IMG/VR virus record: IMGVR_UViG_3300010429_000387
Span: 160,001-224,000 of that record
Origin: a virus
Lineage: Duplodnaviria; Caudoviricetes
Strand: one strand, 5' to 3'
Length of the DNA: 64,000 nucleotides
Under the pieces are notes generated by a model. The model saw nothing but the letters and a program-made list of their open reading frames with translations. It searched no databases and was not told the DNA's origin. A program made the translations under genes and the position numbers. This document shows positions 1-8,816 of the stretch, one piece after another. Positions within the stretch are counted from its first letter, which is position 1. Each line of letters starts with the position of its first letter.

Positions 1-1116
1 CAGCTAGCCTACCTTCTCACGATAGAGCTAGCTGGAAGTTCAACCCTCATCCCTCAACTGACCGATGAGATCACCGCTTCCCTTGCTGGGGACTCCACCT
101 GTGATGCGGTCAAGCTCATCGACAACATCACCGCTTCCCTTTCTGGGGAGTCCTCTATTGACGCAACGATAGAGAAGAGTGGTCAGATCATTGCCTCACT
201 GGCAGGGTCTTCGTCGATAGCAGCGGAACTTGATGCTCAAACCGGGGCTAGTTGCACCTTCAACGGGGACTCGTCTGTTTCCGCGACCCTCTTGAAAGTC
301 CAGGTTCTCGATGCAACCCTTGCTGGAACGTCTACCTTCTCCTCAACCGAGCTTCTTGCCCTCCGGCCACTAGAAAGCTCGTTGGTAGGGGACTCAAACC
401 TCACAGCTTCGGTTGTCAGGAAGTTCACAACCTTCTCGGTCCTTACCGGTATTGCGGACATCGTCTCGACCCCAAGGGTTGACTTTTCGGTCAATGCAAC
501 CCTTGCAGGGAACTCTTCAGTTGGAGCTGGGTCTCGGGTTGTGGGGAGCATGACCGCTAGCCTAGCGGGAAGCTCAACCCTGGTAATCCCCTACCTGATC
601 GACCAGAACAACTTTGACCCCTTGCACCTACAGGGTTCTTCCACTCTCGCTTCAGAGCTTTCGACTCGGGTCTCTGTGGATGCAGCTTTGGGGGCAGATT
701 CCTCTGTGGAATCGGAAACCTCAGTCGTTCTGGCTCTGGAGGCTACCCTATCTGGGGACTCGACTTCGGAAGCCTCCCTGACGGCACTCTACCCTGTCGA
801 GGCTAGTTTGGGTGGGGACTCGGAGATGACCACCGACCTGGCGACCCTGATCGAAGCTCAGATGGCTGGCGACTCTGACTTCGTTTTGGAGGACTTCGTT
901 CGTGTTCGGTACTTGGACGTTGTGATTCAGGGCTATGCCGCCATGGACCTGGAGCTTTCCTGGCAGGGGCACCCTGGACCGCCACCTCTACAGCCCACGG
1001 TCAACTCGGCTGTCACCCTCCAAAAATTCATTGATGCCACTGGCGTAGCAAGGGAGGCATCACGGACCCCCACACCAGATCACCTCACCGTGGTTGTGAA
1101 CCCACGCCACCTATGA
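1..1116 (+). CDS. 5'-truncated repeat-rich virion fibre/decoration-like protein
   Basis: Frame 1 is open from base 1 (QLAYLLTIELAGSSTL...) to TGA 1116, so the track's 292 start is internal. Many ~20-aa repeats (A/T)-S-L-(A/S)-G-(D/S)-S-x-(L/V). C-terminal ~50 aa shared with 1135..1647. Confidence 0.7.
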   Translation, partial: QLAYLLTIELAGSSTLIPQLTDEITASLAGDSTCDAVKLIDNITASLSGESSIDATIEKSGQIIASLAGSSSIAAELDAQTGASCTFNGDSSVSATLLKVQVLDATLAGTSTFSSTELLALRPLESSLVGDSNLTASVVRKFTTFSVLTGIADIVSTPRVDFSVNATLAGNSSVGAGSRVVGSMTASLAGSSTLVIPYLIDQNNFDPLHLQGSSTLASELSTRVSVDAALGADSSVESETSVVLALEATLSGDSTSEASLTALYPVEASLGGDSEMTTDLATLIEAQMAGDSDFVLEDFVRVRYLDVVIQGYAAMDLELSWQGHPGPPPLQPTVNSAVTLQKFIDATGVAREASRTPTPDHLTVVVNPRHL

Positions 1117-1134
1117 GAGGGCTGAGGACCTAGC

Positions 1135-1647
1135 ATGGCTGAAATCATCTACAACCTCGGACCTCCGTATGAGAATGACTGGACAGACCCGTTCGAGGGT
1201 GGTTCGGATCTTGGCGCAGACCCGTCTTTGGTCATCGACCCTACCGAGGGGTCATTTCTGCTCGATGGTGAAGCTGACGTGGGTGCAGAGCCCACTGTGC
1301 TGTTCTCTCTCGAAGCCTCACTATCTGGGGGGTCAGATATTGGTGGGTCTCTGATTCCACTGTTTGACCTTGACTTCTCGGTGGTTGGAGAGTCCTTCCT
1401 CGTAGCAAACGGGTCCTTCCTCTTGGGAGTCTCTTCAAGTCTGTCAGAAGAGTCCCATTTGCTGGGGGATATCTCTTGGTGGGCGGCTCCTGGGGCACCC
1501 CCTAAGAGGCCCTCATCCAACTCGGCTGCGACCCTCCAACAATTCATTGATGCGACTGGTGTTGGCAGGTCCGCACCAAGGACGGCTCCGACACATTCTG
1601 TGGTGGTTGACCCCAATCCTCCGAGGAAGCCTCAAAGCCCACGGTAA
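1135..1647 (+). CDS. Paralog of the upstream repeat protein, putative virion protein
   Basis: RBS GAGGA before ATG. Same SLSGxS repeats. C-terminus NSAATLQQFIDATGVGRSAPRT matches NSAVTLQKFIDATGVAREASRT upstream. Confidence 0.7.
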   Translation: MAEIIYNLGPPYENDWTDPFEGGSDLGADPSLVIDPTEGSFLLDGEADVGAEPTVLFSLEASLSGGSDIGGSLIPLFDLDFSVVGESFLVANGSFLLGVSSSLSEESHLLGDISWWAAPGAPPKRPSSNSAATLQQFIDATGVGRSAPRTAPTHSVVVDPNPPRKPQSPR

Positions 1648-1668
1648 CTAGGAGAGCAGGAGATAACA

Positions 1669-2067
1669 ATGGCTGCGAAGACAACGTACATCAAGAACCG
1701 ATCCCTCGACCGCATTCTCAAGAACAATGCTGACTTCAGCTACACCTTCCCAGCGACGGTGTATGCAGCTCTGTTCACGGCTGACCCGACCGACTCGGGA
1801 TCCTTGACGAATGAAGTCACGGGCGGGTCCTACGCTCGTCAGTCCATCACCTGGGGGACCATCTCCAACGGGTCCATTGCCAACTCGGCAGCAGTGACCT
1901 TCCCGGTCGCCACGGCTTCCTGGGGTACGATCACCCATGTAGGCATCTGTGACCTCGGTTCGGCCGGGAACATGATGTATCACGGAGCCTTGGGAACCTC
2001 CAAGACCGTTGGCACGGGCGACCAGGTGTCGTTTGCCATCGGAGCCCTCACGGTTTCTGAGACCTGA
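1669..2067 (+). CDS. Small phage structural/fibre-associated protein
   Basis: Strong RBS AGGAGA. The pattern VYAALFTADPTD..NEVTGGSYARQSITW..NSAAVTFPVATASWGTITHVGI is typical of small beta-rich fibre-associated phage proteins. Confidence 0.7.
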   Translation: MAAKTTYIKNRSLDRILKNNADFSYTFPATVYAALFTADPTDSGSLTNEVTGGSYARQSITWGTISNGSIANSAAVTFPVATASWGTITHVGICDLGSAGNMMYHGALGTSKTVGTGDQVSFAIGALTVSET

Positions 2068-2087
2068 TCTTCTTCGAGGAGTAGCGG

Positions 2088-2741
2088 GTGGACATCGACC
2101 TTGATACCAGTTTGTCTGGAGCCTCCTCAGTTTCGGCTGAGGCTTGGTTGGCGCTACCCCTTACCCTACCTCTCGATGGAGATTCAACTACCGGGGCTGA
2201 TGCCGACGTGATCTGGACGGTCACGTCGGCATTCTTGGCGGGCTCCTCCATCAGCGGAGACCTGACTGCTTCATTTAGGGCGATCTTCTCTGCCCCAGGT
2301 GAAGCTCAACTTGGTGCCAACCTCACCCTGATCCCAGGGTATCAGGCCCCGATCAGGTACCAACCCCCATGCCGTACTTCCCCGACGGGGAAGATGATCC
2401 TTGAGCAAGTAGACTTTTTCCTGGTGGACGGCAGAACCAGGGCACAGGGGCTTGTCCCAGGGGACCTCCAACTGAAGGTATTCTTGAATGATGCCCAGGT
2501 GGACTGGCCCCTTGTCTCTGGGGCTGGGATTCAGAACGTTCGGGTGACTGCTGGGAGGGTCTACTGGACTGAGTTCTCTTCGGGGTACTACAGCATCCGG
2601 TTCTACCCCAACATGGCTGGGACCTGGAGGGTGATCGTCACTTACCCCGATCAGGACCAGGCTATCTCCCTTTCCTATGACGTTGCACCCCAGTATGCAC
2701 CTCCACCTTCAGGGATGAGGGCGTCCCTGCTACGAAGGTAG
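2088..2741 (+). CDS. Chimeric virion protein: SLSG repeats plus Ig-like domain
   Basis: GTG start after GAGGAG. N-terminal repeats resemble ORFs 1-2; C-terminal ~100 aa align with 2783..3193. Confidence 0.65.
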   Translation: MDIDLDTSLSGASSVSAEAWLALPLTLPLDGDSTTGADADVIWTVTSAFLAGSSISGDLTASFRAIFSAPGEAQLGANLTLIPGYQAPIRYQPPCRTSPTGKMILEQVDFFLVDGRTRAQGLVPGDLQLKVFLNDAQVDWPLVSGAGIQNVRVTAGRVYWTEFSSGYYSIRFYPNMAGTWRVIVTYPDQDQAISLSYDVAPQYAPPPSGMRASLLRR

Positions 2742-2782
2742 TGGGACGCCCCAGAAACCTCTTGTAGGGGGCGTGGGAAGAG

Positions 2783-3193
2783 ATGCCCACGACACGAGGT
2801 CGGCTTGTCTACAACAACTTGGTCGTCTATGACCAAGCCGACTTTTTTCAGCTAGACGGCTACACTAGAGTACCGGGACTTACCCCGTCGCAACTAGTGT
2901 GCCAGGTCTACCACAACAACGTGCTCTTGGCGTGGCCCCTCATATCTGGGGCCGGTCTGATTGAAAACCAGATCACTGCTGGGCACGTTTACTGGGATGA
3001 CCTGTCGAGTGGCTATGGAGTCAGGTGGCGCCCAAACGCTTTGGGTTACTGGCGCATTCTCATCACCTATCCAGTCGGGTCCCAGATCCTCGGGCAAGAC
3101 TACGATGTGAGTTCTGGAACCGGGGTTCTCCCTCCTGGTGGGGGCCTGAAGGCTTCATTTGTGGGACCTGGAGGTAAGCCCAATGATTGTTAA
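2783..3193 (+). CDS. Ig-like putative virion protein, paralog of the C-terminal domain of 2088..2741
   Basis: DQADFFQLDGYTRVPGL..WPLISGAG..ITAGHVYW..YDV versus EQVDFFLVDGRTRAQGL..WPLVSGAG..VTAGRVYW..YDV. Confidence 0.65.
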   Translation: MPTTRGRLVYNNLVVYDQADFFQLDGYTRVPGLTPSQLVCQVYHNNVLLAWPLISGAGLIENQITAGHVYWDDLSSGYGVRWRPNALGYWRILITYPVGSQILGQDYDVSSGTGVLPPGGGLKASFVGPGGKPNDC

Positions 3194-3632
3194 AGCCAGC
3201 CCAGGCGTCTTCCGATACGGTCAGCTCTTTCAACGAGGGGACCTTCCCATCTTCATCACCGACACGGTTGGGAGCCCTTTCGACCCCTACAGCATTCGGT
3301 ACACACTCCTTTATCAGCCGAAGGATGCCCAATGCCTGGTCAAGGCTGGAGCATGTGGTCGGACCCCGGTCAAGGCAGACACGGGTGAATACTACGCAAC
3401 GGGCTATGCTGGTGAGTGCGGGCAGCCGGGCCAGTGGTTCGTTCGGTGGTGCATCCAGGAATACTTCGAGGGACCTCTGACGACCCAGGAGTTTGGGTTC
3501 TCGGTCTATGATACGGCAGCCTTCTGTGCCCCCAATGGGGGGCTACCTGCACAGCCTTCTGGCTGTGGGGGGAGAAGGCACGGGTGGAACTGTGGTGGTG
3601 GCTGCTCCGGCTGCTCCCAGGGAGGCTGGTGA
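3183..3632 (+). CDS. Ig-like putative neck-associated protein with Cys/Gly-rich tail
   Basis: ATG 3183 preceded by GGAGG. Similar to the N-terminus of 3636..4526 (GQLFQRGDLPIFIT / GQQLGRNDLNIFLT; GEYYA / GEYFA). Confidence 0.65.
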   Translation: MIVKASPGVFRYGQLFQRGDLPIFITDTVGSPFDPYSIRYTLLYQPKDAQCLVKAGACGRTPVKADTGEYYATGYAGECGQPGQWFVRWCIQEYFEGPLTTQEFGFSVYDTAAFCAPNGGLPAQPSGCGGRRHGWNCGGGCSGCSQGGW

Positions 3633-3635
3633 GTC

Positions 3636-4526
3636 ATGGGAGTTTCATTCCTTCGGGGGCAACAACTTGGTCGGAACGACCTCAACATCTTCCTCACCAA
3701 TGCCTCTGGGCACCCCACCAATGCGGCAGAGATCACCTACTCGCTCTACGACTACACGACGGGCATGGAGGTCCTGGTAGGCCCCCAGAGACGAGTACCG
3801 GCCAATGCTGCTGTGGGTGAATACTTTGCCTCGGTCATCATCCCCACGGATGCCAACATCGGGGGGTACCGTATCCGGTGGACCATGCGGGAGATGGTCG
3901 GGGGACCCCTTCAAACGGTAATCCAGGAGTTCGACGTTCGGGACAGGGAGACCAAGAACCCTGTAATCTACACTCCCATTGAAACTGACCTGATGAGACG
4001 GCTCAGGATCCTCCTGAGGGACCAGAACCCGGATAGGAACTACAAGTTTCGCCCCCCAGCACATGAAGAAACTGTTGACCAGTTCAGCAGAGTCTTCGGG
4101 TACATCTGGGAGGAGGAGGAGCTGCTGGAGTACCTTGAGCGTGGGATGGACATGGTGGTTGCGGCCCCACCTAGGACCCCCTTCAGCAGCTTGGACCAGA
4201 TGGTCCAGACTCGACACGAGTGGACGACGCTTCTCCTCACCGGGGCCATGTACTGGGCACTTCAGGCGCTCCAGATCAACTGGACCGCTGATGAGTTCGA
4301 CTATTCTATCGGTGGGGTCTCCCTCACTCTTGAGAAGTCCAGCAAGTATGAGTCTCTGAAGCAGGGAGCCAGCGACCAGTTCGACAAGATGCTGGAGAAG
4401 GCCAAGGCGACCGTCAAGGTCATCAAGGGTTTGCAGCAGCCGAAGTACGGGGCTGGTATTCGTTCCAGCTTCGGACCCTACGTTGGCAGAGGGGTACTTG
4501 CCCCGAGCAAGTTCCTCGGTGTCTAG
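3636..4526 (+). CDS. Head-tail adaptor (neck) protein with N-terminal Ig-like domain
   Basis: Helical C-terminal half (LRILLRD..EEELLEYL..FDYSIGGVSLTLEKS) resembles adaptor/neck-1 proteins. Lies upstream of the other completion genes. Confidence 0.55.
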   Translation: MGVSFLRGQQLGRNDLNIFLTNASGHPTNAAEITYSLYDYTTGMEVLVGPQRRVPANAAVGEYFASVIIPTDANIGGYRIRWTMREMVGGPLQTVIQEFDVRDRETKNPVIYTPIETDLMRRLRILLRDQNPDRNYKFRPPAHEETVDQFSRVFGYIWEEEELLEYLERGMDMVVAAPPRTPFSSLDQMVQTRHEWTTLLLTGAMYWALQALQINWTADEFDYSIGGVSLTLEKSSKYESLKQGASDQFDKMLEKAKATVKVIKGLQQPKYGAGIRSSFGPYVGRGVLAPSKFLGV

Positions 4527-4535
4527 TAGCCAGGC

Positions 4536-4751
4536 ATGTTCGGTGTACCCTTTGACTGCAACGAGCCCCTCTCCCCTGAGGACTTTGGGAGATGCCTTAC
4601 CGCTATCAACGAGGGGACCAGATCCCTTGCTCTCAAGGGGGCAAAGCTGCTACGACTCCGATATGAAAAGGGAACCCTCTACTTGATCCCAGACCAGGGA
4701 GCCGAACTTGCGTATCTTCTCAAGAGAGGTTGCCCAGGCTGCCCGGATTGA
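4536..4751 (+). CDS. Hypothetical protein, C-terminal CPGC
   Basis: 71-aa ORF filling the gap in the + strand gene run; weak RBS. Confidence 0.4.
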   Translation: MFGVPFDCNEPLSPEDFGRCLTAINEGTRSLALKGAKLLRLRYEKGTLYLIPDQGAELAYLLKRGCPGCPD

Positions 4752-4823
4752 TCCGAGGATCTTCTTATCTATCAGTGCTAATGCCGCTAGGCACACCGTA
4801 AACCAATCCTGGAGACAGATCAA

Positions 4824-5198
4824 ATGAGCACCCAGACCGAACCCACAGAGCAGAAGACCATCGACACCCCGGTTTCCGCTGAGGACCTTGCCAAGTTCGC
4901 TCAGCTTCAAGGGGCCAGGCTTCAGATTGCCGAGCGTGTTCTCGACCTGGAGCAGGAGAAAGTCCGGGCTCTGAGGGCGGCAGCGAACATCGACGCTGAG
5001 CGGCAGAAGCTCTTCGAGAAGATCCTGGTGGAGCGTGGCCTTCCTCCTGGGTTCCCCGTGGAGATCGACTCCAAGACTGGCAGCATGAAGCCGGTTGAGG
5101 GGGCGATGGAGGCTTTCGTTCGGCAGCAGGCTGCCCAGTCGGTACCCTCTGTGATGGAGGCAGCTCCGGCGACGGACCCTGCCAACCCACCCTCTTGA
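4824..5198 (+). CDS. Hypothetical coiled-coil protein
   Basis: RBS GGAG, typical codon bias, heptad-like ERVLDLEQEKVRALRAAANIDAERQKL. Confidence 0.7.
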   Translation: MSTQTEPTEQKTIDTPVSAEDLAKFAQLQGARLQIAERVLDLEQEKVRALRAAANIDAERQKLFEKILVERGLPPGFPVEIDSKTGSMKPVEGAMEAFVRQQAAQSVPSVMEAAPATDPANPPS

Positions 5199-5253
5199 GT
5201 CCAACTTCGTGCGGGTGATCCCCTTATCAGGGGTGACCCAATGAGGACTCAAC

Positions 5254-6603
5254 ATGGCGGATGTGAGCAATAGGGACAGAGATCCCCAGCTACTCGAAAT
5301 CACCAAGGCTCCCTGGCCTGCTCCGCCGCTCAACCTGCTCATGCTGGATGGGACTCGTGGGGTCATCGACCTTCGGTGGGATGACCCTGCGTACCTTTCC
5401 ATCAATAGCCGATACCAAATCCTCGGGGTGAACCTCTACCGGAGCTTCGACTCCGAGTTTGGCCCTTACAAGAGGGTCACAGAGCTTCCGGTCGGGAGCA
5501 CCTTCTGGCGGGACCAGACCGACAACGAGTTGATCGTTGAGGAGGACGTGACTGATAGGTTCATCCTCTTTGGTACAGCTTCAACGGGCCAGGATGGGCC
5601 TCGGTACGTCTTCACGACCCTTCACTCCCCAATCGTTGGGGAGGCTGCCAGGGGTTACTCAACGAACCTGAGAAATGAGGTCCGGGTCTTCGTGGATGGG
5701 GTTGAGGCTCGGGTCCGGGCGGTCAACGGAGCCACGGGAGAGGTGGAGATCGATCCAGACATCCATCCAGATGTCGGGACCCAGAAGTACATGACCCCAG
5801 TGGTCCCGACTACCAAGAGTCGGGTCACCTGCACCTATCGGTACACGAGGGACTTCCTCAAGACCGACTTGAACCAGCGCATCTTCTATCGAGTCACAAC
5901 GGTTGGGATTCCAGCCGATTGTTCCTGGCATGGGGCAACTTCCCAGGACTTGGTGGAGACCCCCCTCGAACATGCAGCGGCCACCAACACCTTCGAGATC
6001 GAGAAGCTGGACTACATCTGGAGGGAGGCCATCCGTCGGAACCGATGGATCCTGGAGCAGGGTGGTGAGCGGGTGAAGGTCTTCCTCCGAAAGGTTGTAG
6101 GAGTCACCTGCCCATGTGTGTCTCAGACCCACAAGCAGCCCATCTCGGACTGCCTCCACTGCTTTGGTACGGGGATCGTGGGTGGCTATGAGGGGCCTTA
6201 CGAGCTTCTGGTAGCCCCTGACGACGCTGAAGTGAAGATTTCCCAACGGGACATCGGCCGGACCACCGAGCACGTCTACGAGGTCTGGACGGGGCCACAA
6301 CCCCTGCTGAGTCACCGGGACTTCATCCTGAAGATCAACGGGGACAGGTACAGCATTGGTCCAGTTCGGATGCCCTCGAACCGGGGCAACCTTCTTCAGC
6401 AACACTTCCAGATCAGCTCTTTTGATGACAAGGACATCCGGTACAAGGTCCCGGTTGGGGACCCCGTCAAGTTCGTTGCCACTCAGTTCAGTCCGAGGGG
6501 GCCAGAGTTTGGTGCTCCGGACCAGGTAACGGAGAAGCCCAACATCGGCAACGAGCGTGAGCTTCGTGGGAGGACACTAGCCTGGAAGAACCAGAACTAC
6601 TGA
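5254..6603 (+). CDS. Head-closure/neck protein with FN3-like N-terminus and Zn-finger
   Basis: DLRWDDP..GVNLYRS (FN3-like). CPC-x11-CLHCFGTG..GGY motif in the C-terminal domain. Position between adaptor and tail genes. Confidence 0.55.
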   Translation: MADVSNRDRDPQLLEITKAPWPAPPLNLLMLDGTRGVIDLRWDDPAYLSINSRYQILGVNLYRSFDSEFGPYKRVTELPVGSTFWRDQTDNELIVEEDVTDRFILFGTASTGQDGPRYVFTTLHSPIVGEAARGYSTNLRNEVRVFVDGVEARVRAVNGATGEVEIDPDIHPDVGTQKYMTPVVPTTKSRVTCTYRYTRDFLKTDLNQRIFYRVTTVGIPADCSWHGATSQDLVETPLEHAAATNTFEIEKLDYIWREAIRRNRWILEQGGERVKVFLRKVVGVTCPCVSQTHKQPISDCLHCFGTGIVGGYEGPYELLVAPDDAEVKISQRDIGRTTEHVYEVWTGPQPLLSHRDFILKINGDRYSIGPVRMPSNRGNLLQQHFQISSFDDKDIRYKVPVGDPVKFVATQFSPRGPEFGAPDQVTEKPNIGNERELRGRTLAWKNQNY

Positions 6604-6611
6604 GGTGCTGA

Positions 6612-7115
6612 ATGGACAGTCTTGGATCCATCTACGGGAAGCCCTTAGTCAAGGGCTTGGATGCCTCACCGGACAAGGCCCTTCAGAGGGTAAAGTTCAG
6701 TGTTCTCCGTAGGTTGCGTGACAAGCTCGTTCAATCCACCTTCTCAGAGCGGGCCAAGAAAGCACTCTCCAAAGCCCTTCAGGTGGTCATCGGGGAGTCC
6801 TCCCTGACGATCTACTCCAACCACCCGGCCTTCGTTCACCTCATGAGGGGGCAGAAGAAGGGCCAGATGACCTGGTTGGTGAAGGCACGAGCCCCGATTC
6901 CAATCATCACCGAGTCCGGAGAGTTGATCTTTCGGTCTGCTACGATCAAGTCAATGAGGGATGGGAAGTGGGTACACCCAGGTAGACCCCCCTACAACTT
7001 CGTTGAAAAAGCCAAAGATGAAGCAAAGACCCAGATTCGCAAGGCTATGGCTGCTGAAATGCGACGTGTCGCCAAGGAAGCTGCTGCACAAGCCAAGCGG
7101 GCTGTTCAGAGGTAG
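6612..7115 (+). CDS. Basic neck/tail-completion protein (HK97 gp10-like role)
   Basis: Basic 167-aa protein ending WVHPGRPPYNFVEKA, the HPG..F motif of this family; synteny. Confidence 0.5.
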   Translation: MDSLGSIYGKPLVKGLDASPDKALQRVKFSVLRRLRDKLVQSTFSERAKKALSKALQVVIGESSLTIYSNHPAFVHLMRGQKKGQMTWLVKARAPIPIITESGELIFRSATIKSMRDGKWVHPGRPPYNFVEKAKDEAKTQIRKAMAAEMRRVAKEAAAQAKRAVQR

Positions 7116-7117
7116 CT

Positions 7118-7771
7118 ATGAACCCAGGTGACATGGTAGTTTGCGGTGTTTCAGCGGACATTGTGGTTGAAGACATCGGGTTGAACGTCCCTAAGGGGAT
7201 GGCTGTGCCCGTTCCGGGGGATAGTGCCCAAAGGTCTAAGGACCTTTGGAGGTACATCTCACAAGGGCTGATCTTCAAGTGCGATGTCAGCAACATCGTG
7301 AGGTCAGCTCCTCCTGCCCCTGCCCCGGTGGAAAGCCTGAAGTACATCGAGGTCTACAACTCGAACCTCTCCCGGATTCAAGGCGAACTGGCCCAGGTGA
7401 AAACGGCCAAGGCTGATCTGGAGACGGACCTCGGCCGCCTTCAGGCAGAGAACGCCAAGCTGAGGGCTGAGCTGGCCGAAGAGAGGGCTAAGATTCAGAA
7501 GCTCGACAAGCTCGATGACATCCTGACCCTCCTACAGAAGCAGCCAGCCGCTCAACAGTCCCTACGGTCTGCTCTTGTGACGTTGCCAAACAACGGTGGT
7601 AACGGCTCTTCTTCGGTAGAAGAAGCCGCCCCAATGTACATTCCCTCACAGATCAAGCCAGACGGCTCATCTGACGGGGTCGGCCTTGTTGCAAGAGTCG
7701 GACAATCCGATGGTGGGGCGGTTACAGGGGCAGCTCAGGCCCTACGCAACGTCCGGAAGCGGGGTCAATAA
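7118..7771 (+). CDS. Hypothetical protein with central coiled coil
   Basis: RBS GAGGT; heptads LETDLGRLQAENAKLRAELAEERAK. Confidence 0.7.
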   Translation: MNPGDMVVCGVSADIVVEDIGLNVPKGMAVPVPGDSAQRSKDLWRYISQGLIFKCDVSNIVRSAPPAPAPVESLKYIEVYNSNLSRIQGELAQVKTAKADLETDLGRLQAENAKLRAELAEERAKIQKLDKLDDILTLLQKQPAAQQSLRSALVTLPNNGGNGSSSVEEAAPMYIPSQIKPDGSSDGVGLVARVGQSDGGAVTGAAQALRNVRKRGQ

Positions 7772-7811
7772 AGTTCTTTCGGACTTGGCAGTTGAGGAGA
7801 CTTCCAAGCCC

Positions 7812-8816
7812 ATGAACGACCCCAAGCACGCCCTCCTTGCCCGTGCCGCCTCCTTGGTTGAGAAGACTGCCGCCCCGATGCTGTGGAAGTACACAGACGA
7901 GGACGGGAAGGACTTCTATCTCACTGAGAAGCGGACTGGAACCGTCAAGTCTCCCTACTCAGGGAAGAGCTTCACTCCGAAGCCAACCAGGTCCTCCCTA
8001 TCGGACGTGGGCAAGGAGCTGAAGCAGGATGACGCCAAGGTGAAGGGCTCCTTGTGGAAGTACGTGGATGGGGAAGGCAAGGAGTTCTACCTTCCGGAGC
8101 GCCTCACAGGGACCCTCAAGAGCCCCTACAGCGGCAAGAGCTTCACCCCCAAGGCGGAGAAGTCCACCCTCTCGGACGTGGGCAAGGAACTGAAGCAGGA
8201 CGCCAAGGCAGAGAAGAAGGCCGCTGATGAAGACCCCGAGCAAGGCCAGCAGGGTCAGGACAAGACCGCTGCCCTTGCCGATTCGGACAAGAAGGTCGTG
8301 GACGCCTTCTACGAGAAGAAGCCAGCCGAGGGCAAGATGCTCACGACGGATGGCAAGGTTCTGGAGAAGATTGGTCTCGGTGGCAAGGGCTTTGCCAAGT
8401 GGGAGGGTGGCAAGATCGTGGTCGATGCAAGCCGTCCCCAGGTGAAGAACGACGAAGAGATCCTTCGCTACATGAAGAAGTCGATTCCGGCCGGGACTCT
8501 TGCCCCCCACTCCTTCTTCGGGAACTCCAAGAAGGCGACCTCTGAGGAGCAGTGGGAGCTGGCCTCGGAGATCATCAAGCAAGGGGAGAAGCACCCCGCC
8601 TTGGCCGTCATCAAGAAGCAGTACGACGCCATCCTTGAGGGGGTCAAGACAGCCGCCAAACGCTCTGCTGCCATGAAGCGGATTGGGGTTGGGCGAACTG
8701 AAGACCCCAACTTTGTTCTGATCGAGATCCGACCCGAGATCGAGAAGTTGAGCAAGGTCTCCGAGGCTGTTGCGGCACAACTCACTCAACGTCTCACTGG
8801 ATCGGGGAAGTGGTGA
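7812..8816 (+). CDS. Modular Lys-rich protein with a 57-aa tandem duplication; putative internal head protein
   Basis: ATG 7812 downstream of GAGGAG. Modules are separated by KTAA/KKAA/KTAA/KKAT. TGATG overlap with the next gene. Confidence 0.7.
   Translation: MNDPKHALLARAASLVEKTAAPMLWKYTDEDGKDFYLTEKRTGTVKSPYSGKSFTPKPTRSSLSDVGKELKQDDAKVKGSLWKYVDGEGKEFYLPERLTGTLKSPYSGKSFTPKAEKSTLSDVGKELKQDAKAEKKAADEDPEQGQQGQDKTAALADSDKKVVDAFYEKKPAEGKMLTTDGKVLEKIGLGGKGFAKWEGGKIVVDASRPQVKNDEEILRYMKKSIPAGTLAPHSFFGNSKKATSEEQWELASEIIKQGEKHPALAVIKKQYDAILEGVKTAAKRSAAMKRIGVGRTEDPNFVLIEIRPEIEKLSKVSEAVAAQLTQRLTGSGKW
7881..8208 (+). repeat. Tandem duplication, 171-nt period
   Basis: LWKYTDEDGKDFYLTEKRTGTVKSPYSGKSFTPK..LSDVGKELKQD (7881) versus LWKYVDGEGKEFYLPERLTGTLKSPYSGKSFTPK..LSDVGKELKQD (8052). 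Confidence 0.9.

Noticed and set aside
7686-7811. Upstream starts given by the ORF track (7686, 9441, 17570, 57001, 61279, 3159)
   Set aside because: They overlap upstream genes; downstream ATGs with proper RBS were used instead.
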